From: a bacterium
Lineage (GTDB): Bacteria; Hinthialibacterota; Hinthialibacteria; Hinthialibacterales; Hinthialibacteraceae
Direction: 5' to 3'
NCBI GenBank assembly: GCA_963662285.2
Contig: CAXXMV010000006.1
Location: forward strand, 576,001 to 640,000
DNA length: 64,000 nucleotides
A model generated the notes under the pieces. It was given only the letters and a program-made list of their open reading frames with translations, ran no database searches and was not told the origin of the DNA. Positions 1 through 7,902 of the stretch are shown piece after piece. Position 1 is the first letter of the stretch. Every line of letters begins with the position of its first letter. The position numbers were made by a program, and so were the translations under genes.

Positions 1-523
1 GCGCATTTTTATGCCCATGATCCAGATGACTTTTCCTGAAGTGGTCGACCTGGAGTTGCCGGTTGAAGGCGGATTCCATAGTCTGGCCATTGTCTCTATA
101 AACAAGAGTTACCCTGGTCATGGCTTTAAGATCGCCCATGCCATCTGGGGAACCGGGCTGCTGGCTCTTACCAAGAATGTCATCGTGGTTGACGGGCATG
201 TTGATGTTCATAACTATGGCGAAGTGATGTGGCGCGTCGCCAACAATGTTGCGCCGGAGCGGGATGTGCAGATAGTGCGGGGGCCGGTTGATGCGCTGGA
301 TAACTCGTCGGAGCATCCCGGTTTTGGATCGAAAATGTGCATCGACGCCACGCGCAAACTGCCCGATGAAGGATTCAACCGCCCCTGGCCGCCGGATATA
401 TCCATGTCGCAAGAGGTGGTTGATCGGATTGATAAAATATGGGATGACCTTAAACTCCCCATTTCGCTGCAGGATTCAAAACGCCGCGTATTTAAGATTA
501 CGCCGGAAGATGAAACCCCATGA
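1..523 (+). CDS. UbiD-family (prenyl-FMN) decarboxylase, C-terminal part; truncated by the window start, probably the menaquinone-pathway type
   Basis: Typical UbiD C-terminal motifs: AIVSINKSYPGHG, KNVIVVD..VDVHN..EV.W, GPVDALD, GSKMCIDATRK, WPPDI. The frame is open back to the window start. Confidence 0.88.
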   Translation, partial: RIFMPMIQMTFPEVVDLELPVEGGFHSLAIVSINKSYPGHGFKIAHAIWGTGLLALTKNVIVVDGHVDVHNYGEVMWRVANNVAPERDVQIVRGPVDALDNSSEHPGFGSKMCIDATRKLPDEGFNRPWPPDISMSQEVVDRIDKIWDDLKLPISLQDSKRRVFKITPEDETP

Positions 524-1110
524 AAAAAGAGAATATCCTGGTCGCGCCCCGTGCAATCCTGGAACCGTTTATCAACTTTCGCGGTTTTAAGTCATCCGGT
601 GATGCGCCAATTAATGAATGGCTCAAGCAAGGCATTTTTAAGTCTAGAGACGAAATGGAATCAGACCCTAGTTATAAGCAACTGATTCCATATATCCTGT
701 TGCGGCATGAAGACCGGGTTTTCCGTTATTGGAGAACCAAGCGGGCGGGTGAGAGCCGGTTGCATCATCTCTATTCGCTGGGGGTCGGCGGCCATATAGA
801 TCAGCGCGACGAGAATCTTTTTACTCCAACCGATAAGTTGCTTGATGAAGCGGCCATGCGTGAATTGAAAGAGGAGGTCGAAATAGATTCTCCTGAATCG
901 CTTAAGCATATTGGATTCATTAATGATGATGAGAGTGATGTGGGTAAGGTTCATTTTGGCATCGTCTATGAAGCATGGCTTGGTAATGATGCAATTAAAA
1001 CGCGCGAAGGCGCTTTAGGCCGCGGCGAGTGGAAGGCTGTCGACGCGCTGAGCGATGTTGCATATGAAACCTGGTCGCAGTTTCTGGTGGATGAGTATTT
1101 GAATAGATAA
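520..1110 (+). CDS. Nudix-family hydrolase (YmaB-like predicted phosphoesterase)
   Basis: E.DPSYKQLIPY, E.RLH..YSLGVGGH, Nudix-box AAMRELKEEV, VGKVHFG, E.WSQ. ATGA overlap with the upstream gene. Confidence 0.85.
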   Translation: MKKENILVAPRAILEPFINFRGFKSSGDAPINEWLKQGIFKSRDEMESDPSYKQLIPYILLRHEDRVFRYWRTKRAGESRLHHLYSLGVGGHIDQRDENLFTPTDKLLDEAAMRELKEEVEIDSPESLKHIGFINDDESDVGKVHFGIVYEAWLGNDAIKTREGALGRGEWKAVDALSDVAYETWSQFLVDEYLNR

Positions 1111-1116
1111 TCGGTA

Positions 1117-1674
1117 TTATAATTTCCAGGGTGGGATGCGGCTGTTGCCTGGTCCCCATAGTAGTACGTTGCCCAAACTCACCAATCCATTGCTTGAATC
1201 GTAATCAAGCGACTGGTAGGATGATGGATCGCGGTCAGGGCCATAGCCCATCAGGTTCCACGAATAGGGCGTCCACCAGGATGGCTGAGGAGAATTACGG
1301 CTGTCGTTCTTGCTGGTATAGTGATAAGTCGCGTAGGGAATAGGCGGCTCGTTGAAGACGATTGAATCGCTAAGTTGGTTGAATGGATCGCGGGGGATGC
1401 CGCTCATATAACTTATGGGCGTCGTCAAGCGAACCAGTTTAGCGAAATTGCGTAATTCCTGGCCCTCAAAATCTTCGGGTGGATAGGCGCCGATATCCAG
1501 TTGATACATCTCAATGGCGGTTGATAGGGCCTGATGGTCGGCGTAGGTTCGGGAAACTTTGGCGCGAATTTGGGCGTTTAGGAAATTGGGAACAGCGATG
1601 GCCGCCAGTATCCCGATTATGGCGACTACGATCAGCAGTTCGATTAAAGTAAAACCACTCTTCAGATATATCAT
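1117..1674 (-). CDS. Prepilin-type N-terminal cleavage/methylation protein (type IV pilin / pseudopilin-like)
   Basis: G|FTLIELLIVVAIIGILAAIAVPNF with G-1, F+1, E+5. Start is 1674 (ATG) or 1686 (GTG). Confidence 0.9.
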   Translation of the reverse strand: MIYLKSGFTLIELLIVVAIIGILAAIAVPNFLNAQIRAKVSRTYADHQALSTAIEMYQLDIGAYPPEDFEGQELRNFAKLVRLTTPISYMSGIPRDPFNQLSDSIVFNEPPIPYATYHYTSKNDSRNSPQPSWWTPYSWNLMGYGPDRDPSSYQSLDYDSSNGLVSLGNVLLWGPGNSRIPPWKL

Positions 1675-1767
1675 GTCATTGTTCACTCATATTGGATTCG
1701 TTTTACATAAGCATAGGTTGTTACGTTCTTAATGAAAGAGTAGTGGGTGTGATAGAACCTAAAGGAA

Positions 1768-2424
1768 ATGACATTGAAACCTCTGAATAAAAAACAGAAC
1801 ACCCGCAATCATCCATGCAAATCCATTGCTAAGAATTTATCATATATAGATGTAGATATCGATGCCATCCTCTCATTGAACCACAAATGCAATGAATGCG
1901 CCGGGCATTTCACTAGCTGTTGTTCTTGTTTTGAAATATGTATAACTAAAAAGGAGATGGCCGGGATTATCGGCATTCTGCCTGAGGCAGCAAAATTACG
2001 CCGCAGTTTAGCGCTGGATGATGGTTATGATAATGTCTTTGAGGCGCTGGGCGGCGGGCAGTATTGTCTGGATACGGATGAAGACGGCCTATGCGTTTTT
2101 GCTTATGCCAAAGATAAGAAAATCCTCTGTTCACTCCATTCAGCTGCTTTGAATCTGGGCATTCCGGTTGAGCAAGTGAAGCCTGCCCCGTGTTTGCTTT
2201 GGCCCCTGGCGCTCTCTGAGGGGAAGTATAAAGTTTTGTCGGTGCATGATGATGTCTATGAGTTTGCATGCAACTCACGCAAGAAAAGCCGCGCTAAGAA
2301 ATTACGCCCAGCTATCGCTGAGATTGTTCAATGGGTTTTCGGGATAGAGTTTAGAAAACAGTTAGACTGCGCTATTTCACAGGGATTGAGCCGGGTGAGT
2401 ATATTGGCGCCGGGTGAGTTGTAG
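1768..2424 (+). CDS. Cys-rich DUF3109 / YkgJ-like metal-binding protein
   Basis: Cys pattern CxxC..SCC, GLCVF, CSLH.AA..LG, KP.PC.LWPL. AAGGA RBS upstream. Confidence 0.7.
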   Translation: MTLKPLNKKQNTRNHPCKSIAKNLSYIDVDIDAILSLNHKCNECAGHFTSCCSCFEICITKKEMAGIIGILPEAAKLRRSLALDDGYDNVFEALGGGQYCLDTDEDGLCVFAYAKDKKILCSLHSAALNLGIPVEQVKPAPCLLWPLALSEGKYKVLSVHDDVYEFACNSRKKSRAKKLRPAIAEIVQWVFGIEFRKQLDCAISQGLSRVSILAPGEL

Positions 2425-2434
2425 TGATAATCAT

Positions 2435-2486
2435 GAGTGGCTCAATCAAGGGCTGACCGCATTGCGGTCTTGCCCTTGGCGCCCGT
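2435..2486 (+). repeat. Dispersed palindromic repeat family A, copy 1 (REP-like)
   Basis: GAGTGGCTCAATCAAGGGCTGACCGCATTGCGGTCTTGCCCTTGGCGCCCGT; nested stems CAAGGGC/GCCCTTG and GACCGC/GCGGTC. Confidence 0.85.
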
Positions 2487-2517
2487 GAATCCATGATTTA
2501 GCAGTAAATGTGATCGT

Positions 2518-2564
2518 GAGTGGTTGAATCAAGGGCAGAAAATACACTGCCCTTGCCACCCGTC
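2518..2564 (+). repeat. Repeat family A, copy 2 (different inner loop)
   Basis: GAGTGGTTGAATCAAGGGCAG-AAAATACA-CTGCCCTTGCCACCCGTC; perfect 9-bp stem. Confidence 0.8.
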
Positions 2565-2583
2565 CGTTGTTTTTGATTAAGGT

Positions 2584-4884
2584 TTATTGATAGATACTTG
2601 TATCGTCAATACACTTCAAAATATATTCACAGCTAATTATCTTCTCTACCAAATCAACCGGGATGTAATAGTAATGATTGGACGCCTCAAAACCGATGCG
2701 TGAATCCTGACGCGTCAGGTTGAAAAGTTGAGCGGCATTATTGATTTCATCCTTAACGATTTGTTGCATGGCTTTTTTCAAATCACTGCGCTCTTTATCT
2801 GATAGGGATTTCGATTTATCCATCAGGCTATTGCGATTAGAGGTGAATCGGGTCTGGTTGGCTACTGAAGCGAAATGCAGTTGCGCTGTTTTAGCGAAAC
2901 GTAGTTGCGCCAGTACTGCGGACTGCTTTTCCGGTAAAGCTGATTGCGCCGCTTGTTCAAGTTCTTTGATGCCTTCGATCCATCCATCCGAGATTTTGCT
3001 GAACTGGTTGGCGAAAATATCCGCCGGATAGGGTCCTCTCCATCCATTAACATCATCATAAGGAATGCCGACCATGGTTGATGCATATCCGGTTGGTTTT
3101 GGATATAGCAGATTTGACGGTCCGTATTGCACCGGGCAGCGGTATACCACGCTGCCGTTGTAGGGGTATTCCTGAAAAGAACGGCTGAACAGAGTCCAGG
3201 CCTTACGGGCGTGGGGAACGCCTTTTGCGTCGAAATAATCTTTGGCTAAATCGTCCAGGGCTTGTTCTTTATTCGCGTTGGCGGAGTTTTCAAAATTGTG
3301 GATCAGTTCTAAATTCGGTGATGGATAGCCGCCCAGAGTCCAACTTAACATCAGGCCGTTGACGTCACGGTCCAGCAGGTTCTGGCAATGCTCGGCCACT
3401 AAATCCAGCACGGGCAGGTATGGTACGGCGGAGAGTTCCCAGGTGTTGTTAATCTGGACTTTGGCGATAGTTTTTAAGCCTGCTTTTTTGGCGGCGGCCC
3501 AATGCTTCAGCGCCCGTGGTCCTGGGCCGACAACGGATAATGAATATTCGCCGACGCTGGTTTCTACGCCGCCCCGGTTGATAGTTTTAGACCATTCACT
3601 GACCGACATATAATAAACCGACTTGGGCAGATTTTGGATTATTTTCAGCGCCTCAGAATCTCTCCATCCCCAATCCCATACGATTACTTTTGCGTCGGGC
3701 GCCGCGCGGTGCACGCCTTGTTCGATGGTGCTATTCACTTCAGCGATGATGTCGGCGTAACTGCGGTTGGCGCAATGAGGGCAATTGAGGTGATGGCCGT
3801 GCGAGGCGCAGTTGGATAGGTTTTCTGACGCTGTAATGCTGAAGACTCCAGCTAATTGCGGGACATTCTTGAAAACATACTCCAGCGAATCCGACAGCCA
3901 TTGCCGCACCTTGGGATGCGAGGTGCATATTGCGTAGTAGTCGCCTTCCTGAACGCCTCTCATTTCTTCGCGGCCTTTGAAAAAATCGGCGGTCATGGAT
4001 CGCGGCTCGTTCATATAGAGGTAGATGCCGATGCCGTAACGCTGCGCCCGTTGCACCAGCTCGCGCAGGTTCTTAAGACGCGTGGCGCTGCCTTCGCCGA
4101 ATTCCGGGAATATATCGCTGGGCGCTAATTGATTTAGGACGGTATGCATCCAGATGCCATCCACTCCAAGATTTGATAGTTTTTGGAATAAGCCATCGGG
4201 ATAGGAATCCTCAGAAGAGGTCATCAGCGGGTCGCCGTATAGCGCAAAATAAGAATAGATATAACGCGGCGAGAAGCGTGAACTTCTGTTTTTTGTTTTT
4301 GAAGATGCGTCAGGCGAGACCTGGCTGATATCTTTTAGAAAAGCAAATCGGTCTTCCTGAGGCGCAGTATTATCAGCATTAAAATATTGCTCAGCGATTT
4401 GCTTGATTTCAGCGCAGCGTTCTTTGGTTGCTTCGTCCGGCTTGCTATAGGTTAAGGGAGGACAATCAGGTTTCAGCGAACCCAGTTTTATGAAGAGAAA
4501 ATCATCTTCGCGCAGAGTGTGCGCCAGTTCCTGGGGCGTGAAATCTAGCAGCGTCAGCAATTGGTCATAAGAGAGTAAGTGCCAGTTGCGACGAATCAGG
4601 GTGATATAAATGCGTTTGCGGTTTTCAACGGATATAGGTTTTTGAGCAGGCAATCCCATAGACGCCGCTGCATTACAAATATTATGCGTGCTTGTATTTA
4701 AAACTTGCGCCAGGCGTTCTGCTTCAACCAGCGGCCAGTTGCGCCAGATAAAGGTATGCATGGGGCTGGGGAAATGTAGAAATTCCACAGGCTTGGGAGC
4801 ATTACCGACTGGAAGCCCCTGATTAGACCATGATATCAAAGGTAAAATGAGTAGTAAGGTTAGAATGTAAATTTTGCAACGCAT
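2584..4884 (-). CDS. Secreted protein with a putative glycoside-hydrolase-like (TIM-barrel) domain; function unknown
   Basis: AAGGA RBS before the ATG at 4884; signal peptide MRCKIYILTLLLILPLISWS; GVDGIW, RAQRYGIGIYLY.NEP, C.SHP..RQWL, VIVWDWGW. Confidence 0.6.
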   Translation of the reverse strand: MRCKIYILTLLLILPLISWSNQGLPVGNAPKPVEFLHFPSPMHTFIWRNWPLVEAERLAQVLNTSTHNICNAAASMGLPAQKPISVENRKRIYITLIRRNWHLLSYDQLLTLLDFTPQELAHTLREDDFLFIKLGSLKPDCPPLTYSKPDEATKERCAEIKQIAEQYFNADNTAPQEDRFAFLKDISQVSPDASSKTKNRSSRFSPRYIYSYFALYGDPLMTSSEDSYPDGLFQKLSNLGVDGIWMHTVLNQLAPSDIFPEFGEGSATRLKNLRELVQRAQRYGIGIYLYMNEPRSMTADFFKGREEMRGVQEGDYYAICTSHPKVRQWLSDSLEYVFKNVPQLAGVFSITASENLSNCASHGHHLNCPHCANRSYADIIAEVNSTIEQGVHRAAPDAKVIVWDWGWRDSEALKIIQNLPKSVYYMSVSEWSKTINRGGVETSVGEYSLSVVGPGPRALKHWAAAKKAGLKTIAKVQINNTWELSAVPYLPVLDLVAEHCQNLLDRDVNGLMLSWTLGGYPSPNLELIHNFENSANANKEQALDDLAKDYFDAKGVPHARKAWTLFSRSFQEYPYNGSVVYRCPVQYGPSNLLYPKPTGYASTMVGIPYDDVNGWRGPYPADIFANQFSKISDGWIEGIKELEQAAQSALPEKQSAVLAQLRFAKTAQLHFASVANQTRFTSNRNSLMDKSKSLSDKERSDLKKAMQQIVKDEINNAAQLFNLTRQDSRIGFEASNHYYYIPVDLVEKIISCEYILKCIDDTSIYQ

Positions 4885-5019
4885 TTTGTTTTCCTTATTG
4901 ATGGATTTGACTGTTAAATAATAACATAACATTGACTGATTGCCACTACACAGGCTGTGTTTTAGAATATATTCTTAAAGATATATGATAAAATATTTGG
5001 ATTTACGAGGTTACTTCTG

Positions 5020-7647
5020 ATGTCAGAACATGATCGTTTTCGTTTCCGCAATTTGGATCAATTAAAAGATAAAATTAATGAACTGGGTCTTGATTTACCA
5101 ACTACTGATGATTTCTCCATTCTTTCTACTCCGGTCTCTTATGGCAAGAAAGAAGTTCCAAATCGGTTAGGTTGTCATCCGATGGAGGGTTGCGATGGAT
5201 TAGCCAACGGGGCGCCATCCGAACTGACCTACCGCCGCTACCGCCGTTTCGGCGCAGGCGGTGCGGGATTGATCTGGTTTGAGGCATGTGCAGTGGCGCC
5301 TGAAGTTCGCGCCAACCCACGGCAGATATGGATTCATGATGAAACCTTGCCGGATTTCAAAAGCATGGTCGATCAGACCCGTGAAGCCGCGCAGCAATCG
5401 ATGGATCATGATCCATTTTTGGTTTTACAACTGACTCATTCAGGGCGCTACAGCCGTCCGGTCAAGAAAGCGGCGCCCATTATCGCTCATCATAGCGAGA
5501 TACTTGATCCACGGCATAATCTTCCGCCTGATTATCCCCTGATTACAGATGAAGAATTGGATCAGTTGCAGGATCAGTATCTCAAAGCAGCTATACTGGC
5601 GCGTGAAGCGGGATTCGATGCGGTCGATATAAAGAGCTGCCACCGTTATTTGATGAGTGAACTGTTCGCTTCGCATACCCGCGAAAACAGCCGTTACGGC
5701 GGCGCCTTCGAAAACCGGGTGCGCTTGCTTCTAGAGACCATTGATAAGATCAAAAAGGAAATGCCTGATTACGAGGTGACGTCGCGGCTTAATGTATATG
5801 ATGCTATCTCCTATCCTTATGGCTGGGGCGTGGATCAGGATGATTACCGTAAGCCTGATCTGACCGAGCCGTTGAAATTGATAAAAATTCTGGAAGAGAA
5901 GGGGTATCACGGTCTCAACGTTACTATCGCCAATCCCTATTACAATCCTCACTATGGCCGCCCCTATGATAATCCGATTGTCGGCGGGCATCCCCCGAAA
6001 GAGCATCCACTGGAAGGCGTGGCGCGTTTGCTGACAATCGCCAAAGCCATTCAACAAGCCAATCCCAAACTGACAGTGGTCGGCACGGGCTATTCATGGC
6101 TGCGGCAGTATGTTCCAAACTTCGCAGCGGCCATGATAGAGCAGGGGTGGAACGCCATCGCTGGTCTGGGGCGCGGTGGATTTGCATATCCTGATTTCGC
6201 CAGAGATATTATCAAAAATGGCGCGATGGATCCACAAAAAACCTGCATTACCTGTTCATCCTGCACCCAGATTATGCGCGATCACGGGCAAACTGGATGC
6301 GTACCGCGTGATGCAGAGATATATGCTGAAATATACAAAGATGGCCGTTGGCATGATCCGGCTAATATCCGTGAGAAGGCGGCCAAATGCCTGGGATGCC
6401 ACGCCCCTACCTGTGCGGCGCATTGTCCAGCGGGTATTGATATTCCTGCATTTTTAGAAGCGGTTTCTCTAGGCGAAGATGAAAAAGCCTATCGTATTTT
6501 GAGAACCGCAAATTTGCTGCCGGAAATCTGCGGCTATATATGTCCGGTAGAAGTACAGTGTGAAGGCAATTGCGTGCAACGTCACATGACTTCTGAATCG
6601 GTGAGCATCGCCCGTATCCAAAGATACATCGCTGAACGCGCGGTTGATGAAGGTTGGGCTGCTTTGGAGATTCCCGATTCACCGACGGGCAAGCGGATCG
6701 CCATTATCGGCGCAGGGCCTGCCGGGCTGAGCTGCGCCGCTGGACTGTTGGAGCAGGGTCACTCGGTGGTTGTGCTGGATCGAGGTTCGCATCCGGGAGG
6801 CAAAGCGCACAGCGTCATCCCCGGCAACCGGCTTCCAGCGGATCATGCTACCGCTGAGATTCATGCCATATTCGATACGGTGAGCGATGATCGTCTGGAG
6901 TGGCGTTGGAACACGGCATTGGGGCCGGATTACTCGTTGCAGGATGTTAAGAACGAGGGCTTCGATGCAGTTGTTCTGGCCTTTGGTCTGGGCAACACCT
7001 ACAGTTTGGCCAAAGATGAACCAAACCCCGAAGGCGTCATGGATGCGCTGGCTTTTCTGGAGCAGATGCACCGCAACCCGGAGCATCGCGTCCAGGGTAA
7101 GATCGCGGTTATCGGCGGCGGCAACACTGCGATTGACGCGGCGACAGTGGCCAAAGCCAAAGGCGCTGAAGACGTCTACCTGATTTACCGACGCAGTTTT
7201 GAAGAGATGCCCGCATGGCCCGGTGAAAGAGACTACGCGGTCAGCGCCGGGGTGCACATGCTGTTGCTTACTCAACCAGTAGGATATGAAGTGAACGAAG
7301 AAGGTTGCGTAAACGCAGTGCGCGTGGTTCGCACCGAGCTGGGGCCGCAAGATGATTCAGGCCGCCGCAGCCCGGTTGAGATACCAAACAGCGAAAACTC
7401 CATCCCTGTTTCGATGGTGGTTGAAGCCATAGGCGAAAAGACCTCGCCAGAAGTTTTGCAGGTGCTTGAACCAGTTGAATTAACTCATCAAGGTCTGGTC
7501 CGGGTTGATTGGGAAACCTTCATGACCTCCGAGCAATCCGTCTTCGCCGCTGGAGATTTGATTAACGGCGGAACCACCGTGGTTCAGGCAATAGCCGATG
7601 GCCGTAAGGCCGCTTGCAGTATTATTCAATATTTGCGAGATATATAA
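5020..7647 (+). CDS. NADH:flavin oxidoreductase (Old Yellow Enzyme family) fused to a GltD/PreT-type Fe-S/FAD/NAD(P)H module
   Basis: OYE motifs PNR..HPME, G.GLI.FEA, LQLTHSGR, AGFDAVDIK.CHRYL, N.RYGGAFENR; CITCSSC; CLGC..PTC...CP and CGYICP.E.QCEGNC; GAGPAG; GGGNTA.D; FAAGD. Confidence 0.88.
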   Translation: MSEHDRFRFRNLDQLKDKINELGLDLPTTDDFSILSTPVSYGKKEVPNRLGCHPMEGCDGLANGAPSELTYRRYRRFGAGGAGLIWFEACAVAPEVRANPRQIWIHDETLPDFKSMVDQTREAAQQSMDHDPFLVLQLTHSGRYSRPVKKAAPIIAHHSEILDPRHNLPPDYPLITDEELDQLQDQYLKAAILAREAGFDAVDIKSCHRYLMSELFASHTRENSRYGGAFENRVRLLLETIDKIKKEMPDYEVTSRLNVYDAISYPYGWGVDQDDYRKPDLTEPLKLIKILEEKGYHGLNVTIANPYYNPHYGRPYDNPIVGGHPPKEHPLEGVARLLTIAKAIQQANPKLTVVGTGYSWLRQYVPNFAAAMIEQGWNAIAGLGRGGFAYPDFARDIIKNGAMDPQKTCITCSSCTQIMRDHGQTGCVPRDAEIYAEIYKDGRWHDPANIREKAAKCLGCHAPTCAAHCPAGIDIPAFLEAVSLGEDEKAYRILRTANLLPEICGYICPVEVQCEGNCVQRHMTSESVSIARIQRYIAERAVDEGWAALEIPDSPTGKRIAIIGAGPAGLSCAAGLLEQGHSVVVLDRGSHPGGKAHSVIPGNRLPADHATAEIHAIFDTVSDDRLEWRWNTALGPDYSLQDVKNEGFDAVVLAFGLGNTYSLAKDEPNPEGVMDALAFLEQMHRNPEHRVQGKIAVIGGGNTAIDAATVAKAKGAEDVYLIYRRSFEEMPAWPGERDYAVSAGVHMLLLTQPVGYEVNEEGCVNAVRVVRTELGPQDDSGRRSPVEIPNSENSIPVSMVVEAIGEKTSPEVLQVLEPVELTHQGLVRVDWETFMTSEQSVFAAGDLINGGTTVVQAIADGRKAACSIIQYLRDI

Positions 7648-7653
7648 AATCGT

Positions 7654-7703
7654 GAGTGATCGTCTCAAGGGCTGGCCGCATTGCGGGCTTGCTCTTGGCA
7701 TCT
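7654..7703 (+). repeat. Repeat family A, copy 3 (degenerate)
   Basis: GAGTGATCGTCTCAAGGGCTGGCCGCATTGCGGGCTTGCTCTTGGCATCT, immediately after the stop of the oxidoreductase gene. Confidence 0.72.
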
Positions 7704-7902
7704 GGCAATATCCATCCCTGGAACGTTGGACTCCCAATCCCACCTCCGGGGATTTTAGTATATTTAGAGCTGCTCTATCTAATTATTGGTTGGAAACGTG
7801 TAAAATCATGAATCAATGTATCATCGATCAAATAAGTATTATCGGATCAATAGAAATAAAAACATTATTTCAAAAATCAATTATGATTGGAAACAATTTG
7901 AC

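Noticed and set aside
2435-2564. Two similar repeats about 31 bp apart, resembling a minimal CRISPR array
   Set aside because: The units differ internally, are about 50 bp long and recur singly elsewhere, and there are no cas genes. They fit a dispersed REP-like family better.
6679-7350. 223-aa antisense ORF, and the many other 60-200-aa ORFs nested in or opposite real genes (e.g. 14342-14929, 59550-60083)
   Set aside because: Shadow frames of well-supported genes, with no motifs or credible RBS.
7816-7902. Longer N-terminus of the large secreted protein given in the ORF track
   Set aside because: The signal peptide begins at ATG 7903. Similar over-extensions were trimmed for several other genes.
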